DNA of 64,000 nucleotides. Origin: Vitrella brassicaformis CCMP3155 (Eukaryota; Protista; Chromerida). Position numbers and translations under genes: made by a program. Below the pieces are notes generated by a model. That model searched no databases and was not told the origin of the DNA. It saw nothing but the letters and a program-made list of their open reading frames with translations. This document shows positions 62,562 through 64,000 of the stretch, piece after piece (the first letter of the stretch is position 1; each line of letters begins with the position of its first letter). Location of the stretch: the NCBI GenBank assembly GCA_001179505.1, contig CDMY01000802.1, forward strand, positions 124,001 through 188,000. The letters run 5' to 3'.

Positions 62562-64000
62562 ATGTCACATTCTGCCCATTGCAGGCGCCATACGAATGCA
62601 GATTCGCGTCGGCAGCCTCCATCGCGTGACGGTGCCGACCGTGCGTCCGACCGTACGTCGCAGCGGCCTTCGATGAATGCAACACAAGGACCAGTTGGGG
62701 GATGGGAGGCGCTGAGTGGTAAGGAGCCGACAGTCAGTCACACGGCGGCAAGCATTGTGGTCTCGGTTTCCTCTTTCCTGTCAGCTCTTGGCGTCCCTCC
62801 GAGTTGGATGAAGAGGTGGGACTCGCCATCGAGGCGAGGGCGGCCTCATGAAGCTGACGAGAGACCACGCGCGTCATCACCGCCACCACGAGAAGACAGC
62901 CAGTCCGTGGGTCACAGACAGACAGACAGACAGACAGACAGATAGACGCACAAGTGCCCACTGAGATGAGAGCGATGTCCCTTTGTCAGCAGCCATCGAG
63001 GGCCTCACTCTCCTCCTCCCGCTCCCCAACTTGGTGCGAATGGTTTTGCCGAGGCCGCCCACAGGGCACTGACGACCGACAAGACACATGTGGCCATCGA
63101 TCTGGATGAGGGCCGCGACGGACGGGAGAGGGATGCGAGGGATGATGGGGGAGTGCGTGAGAGGCAGCTGCTGCAGGAGACTCTCGATGAGTCCATCCAG
63201 AAGGTTGATGATGGTCGATCCATGTGTGGCACCATGGTCGGTCATTCATGTGATGTCTGTGTGGTGGACAGCTTCGGTCGAGTGGCGCGCTCTCACGGAT
63301 GGCCAACCACTTAAACACCCTCATGAAGGTGAGGTGCCTAGAAACGAATCCAAAACGACTGCCCACTCAATCCGATGTGCTTTTCTTTCTCCTGCCTGCC
63401 TGCCTGCCTGGTCAGCGTCATGTGCCCGCGTCGGATGAGGCCGATCATGGCCCCTCGTCATCACCTCCCTCTATCGGTAATATGCCTGCACCTGCCCCCA
63501 GCCTAGCCCCCGTGACCATGACTCCTGCTTGTTGAGCAAGGCACGCGGCACCCAGAACAACGGCCGCAAAGGACACAGCAAACGTCGCTGCCTGTGAGCC
63601 AAACACACCACATGTGGACACCACCACGGCACATCAACTGAGTCATCCATGCATCATTGTCTTTGCAGGCATCGGCTGATCGGCGTGACACGCCGCCCGA
63701 TTTTTTTCGTCAGCGGATCGGCCACATCGACATGGGCTTCGCCGACGTGGCTCTGGGTCTTCCCTCTAGGGGTCGTCAGGAGGCCTGCTACATCGTGGAT
63801 CGTGTGATGGAGAAGGAACAGGGAGAGGACTTCCCTATGGTGAGAGAACAAGGAGAGGGAGAAGGGCGCCTGGGGCGTATGCGTATGTGTGTGTGGTCGT
63901 ATGGGTGTCAGGTTGAGCGGACGATTGGTTATGGTGCGCGAGGGCGGCAGATTCTCATCAACGTAAGAACTCACCACACATACGTACGTGCTGGCACACT
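62562..64000 (+). CDS. Hypothetical multi-exon protein, 3'-incomplete
   Basis: + strand GT-AG exons: ETLDESIQK|LRSSGALSRMANHLNTLMK|RHVPASDE; IGHIDMGFADVALGLPSRGRQEACYIVDRVMEKEQGEDFPM|VERTIGYGARGRQILIN|. No family recognised. Confidence 0.55.

Noticed and set aside
62877-63977. Minus-strand ORFs 62877-63366 and 63654-63977
   Set aside because: Splice signals and a continuous reading frame fit the plus strand, so these are antisense shadows.
1-64000. Hundreds of short ORFs rich in CVCV/HTHT/THTH
   Set aside because: They are translations of intronic (TG)n/(CA)n microsatellites or antisense shadows of real exons.

Overview
This is eukaryotic, intron-dense genomic DNA, not prokaryotic. It has short (about 60-130 nt) GT-AG introns rich in (TG)n/(CA)n, (TCTG)n and (GGAT)n microsatellites, fairly high GC, and one 300-N assembly gap. 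The style and gene families suggest a chromerid alveolate such as Vitrella brassicaformis (inferred, not verified). Most ORF-track entries are microsatellite or antisense artefacts, so I rebuilt genes by hand from exons; coordinates are whole gene spans and some ends are approximate. Contents: a >14 kb CRMP-like cysteine-repeat multi-TM gene; six TLDc-domain paralogues plus a seventh relic; an RWDD2-like gene and its pseudogene copy; a secreted vanadium-haloperoxidase-family gene; a putative glycosyltransferase; an ankyrin/TRP-type channel; an MFS transporter; MoaA/CNX2; an SGNH-like protein; a LamG protein; a Tex30-like hydrolase; an ELMO-domain protein; and three lineage-specific hypothetical genes. 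The best candidate for an undescribed system is the TLDc family. Its members share a core but swap membrane anchors (myristoylation motif plus PPxY, one TM, two TM, or none) and exchange coiled-coil exon modules. Five of the six sit head-to-head with an unrelated gene, and one copy is a circularly permuted inverted duplicate of a TLDc-RWD cassette. No rRNA, tRNA, CRISPR array or transposase/RT was recognised.
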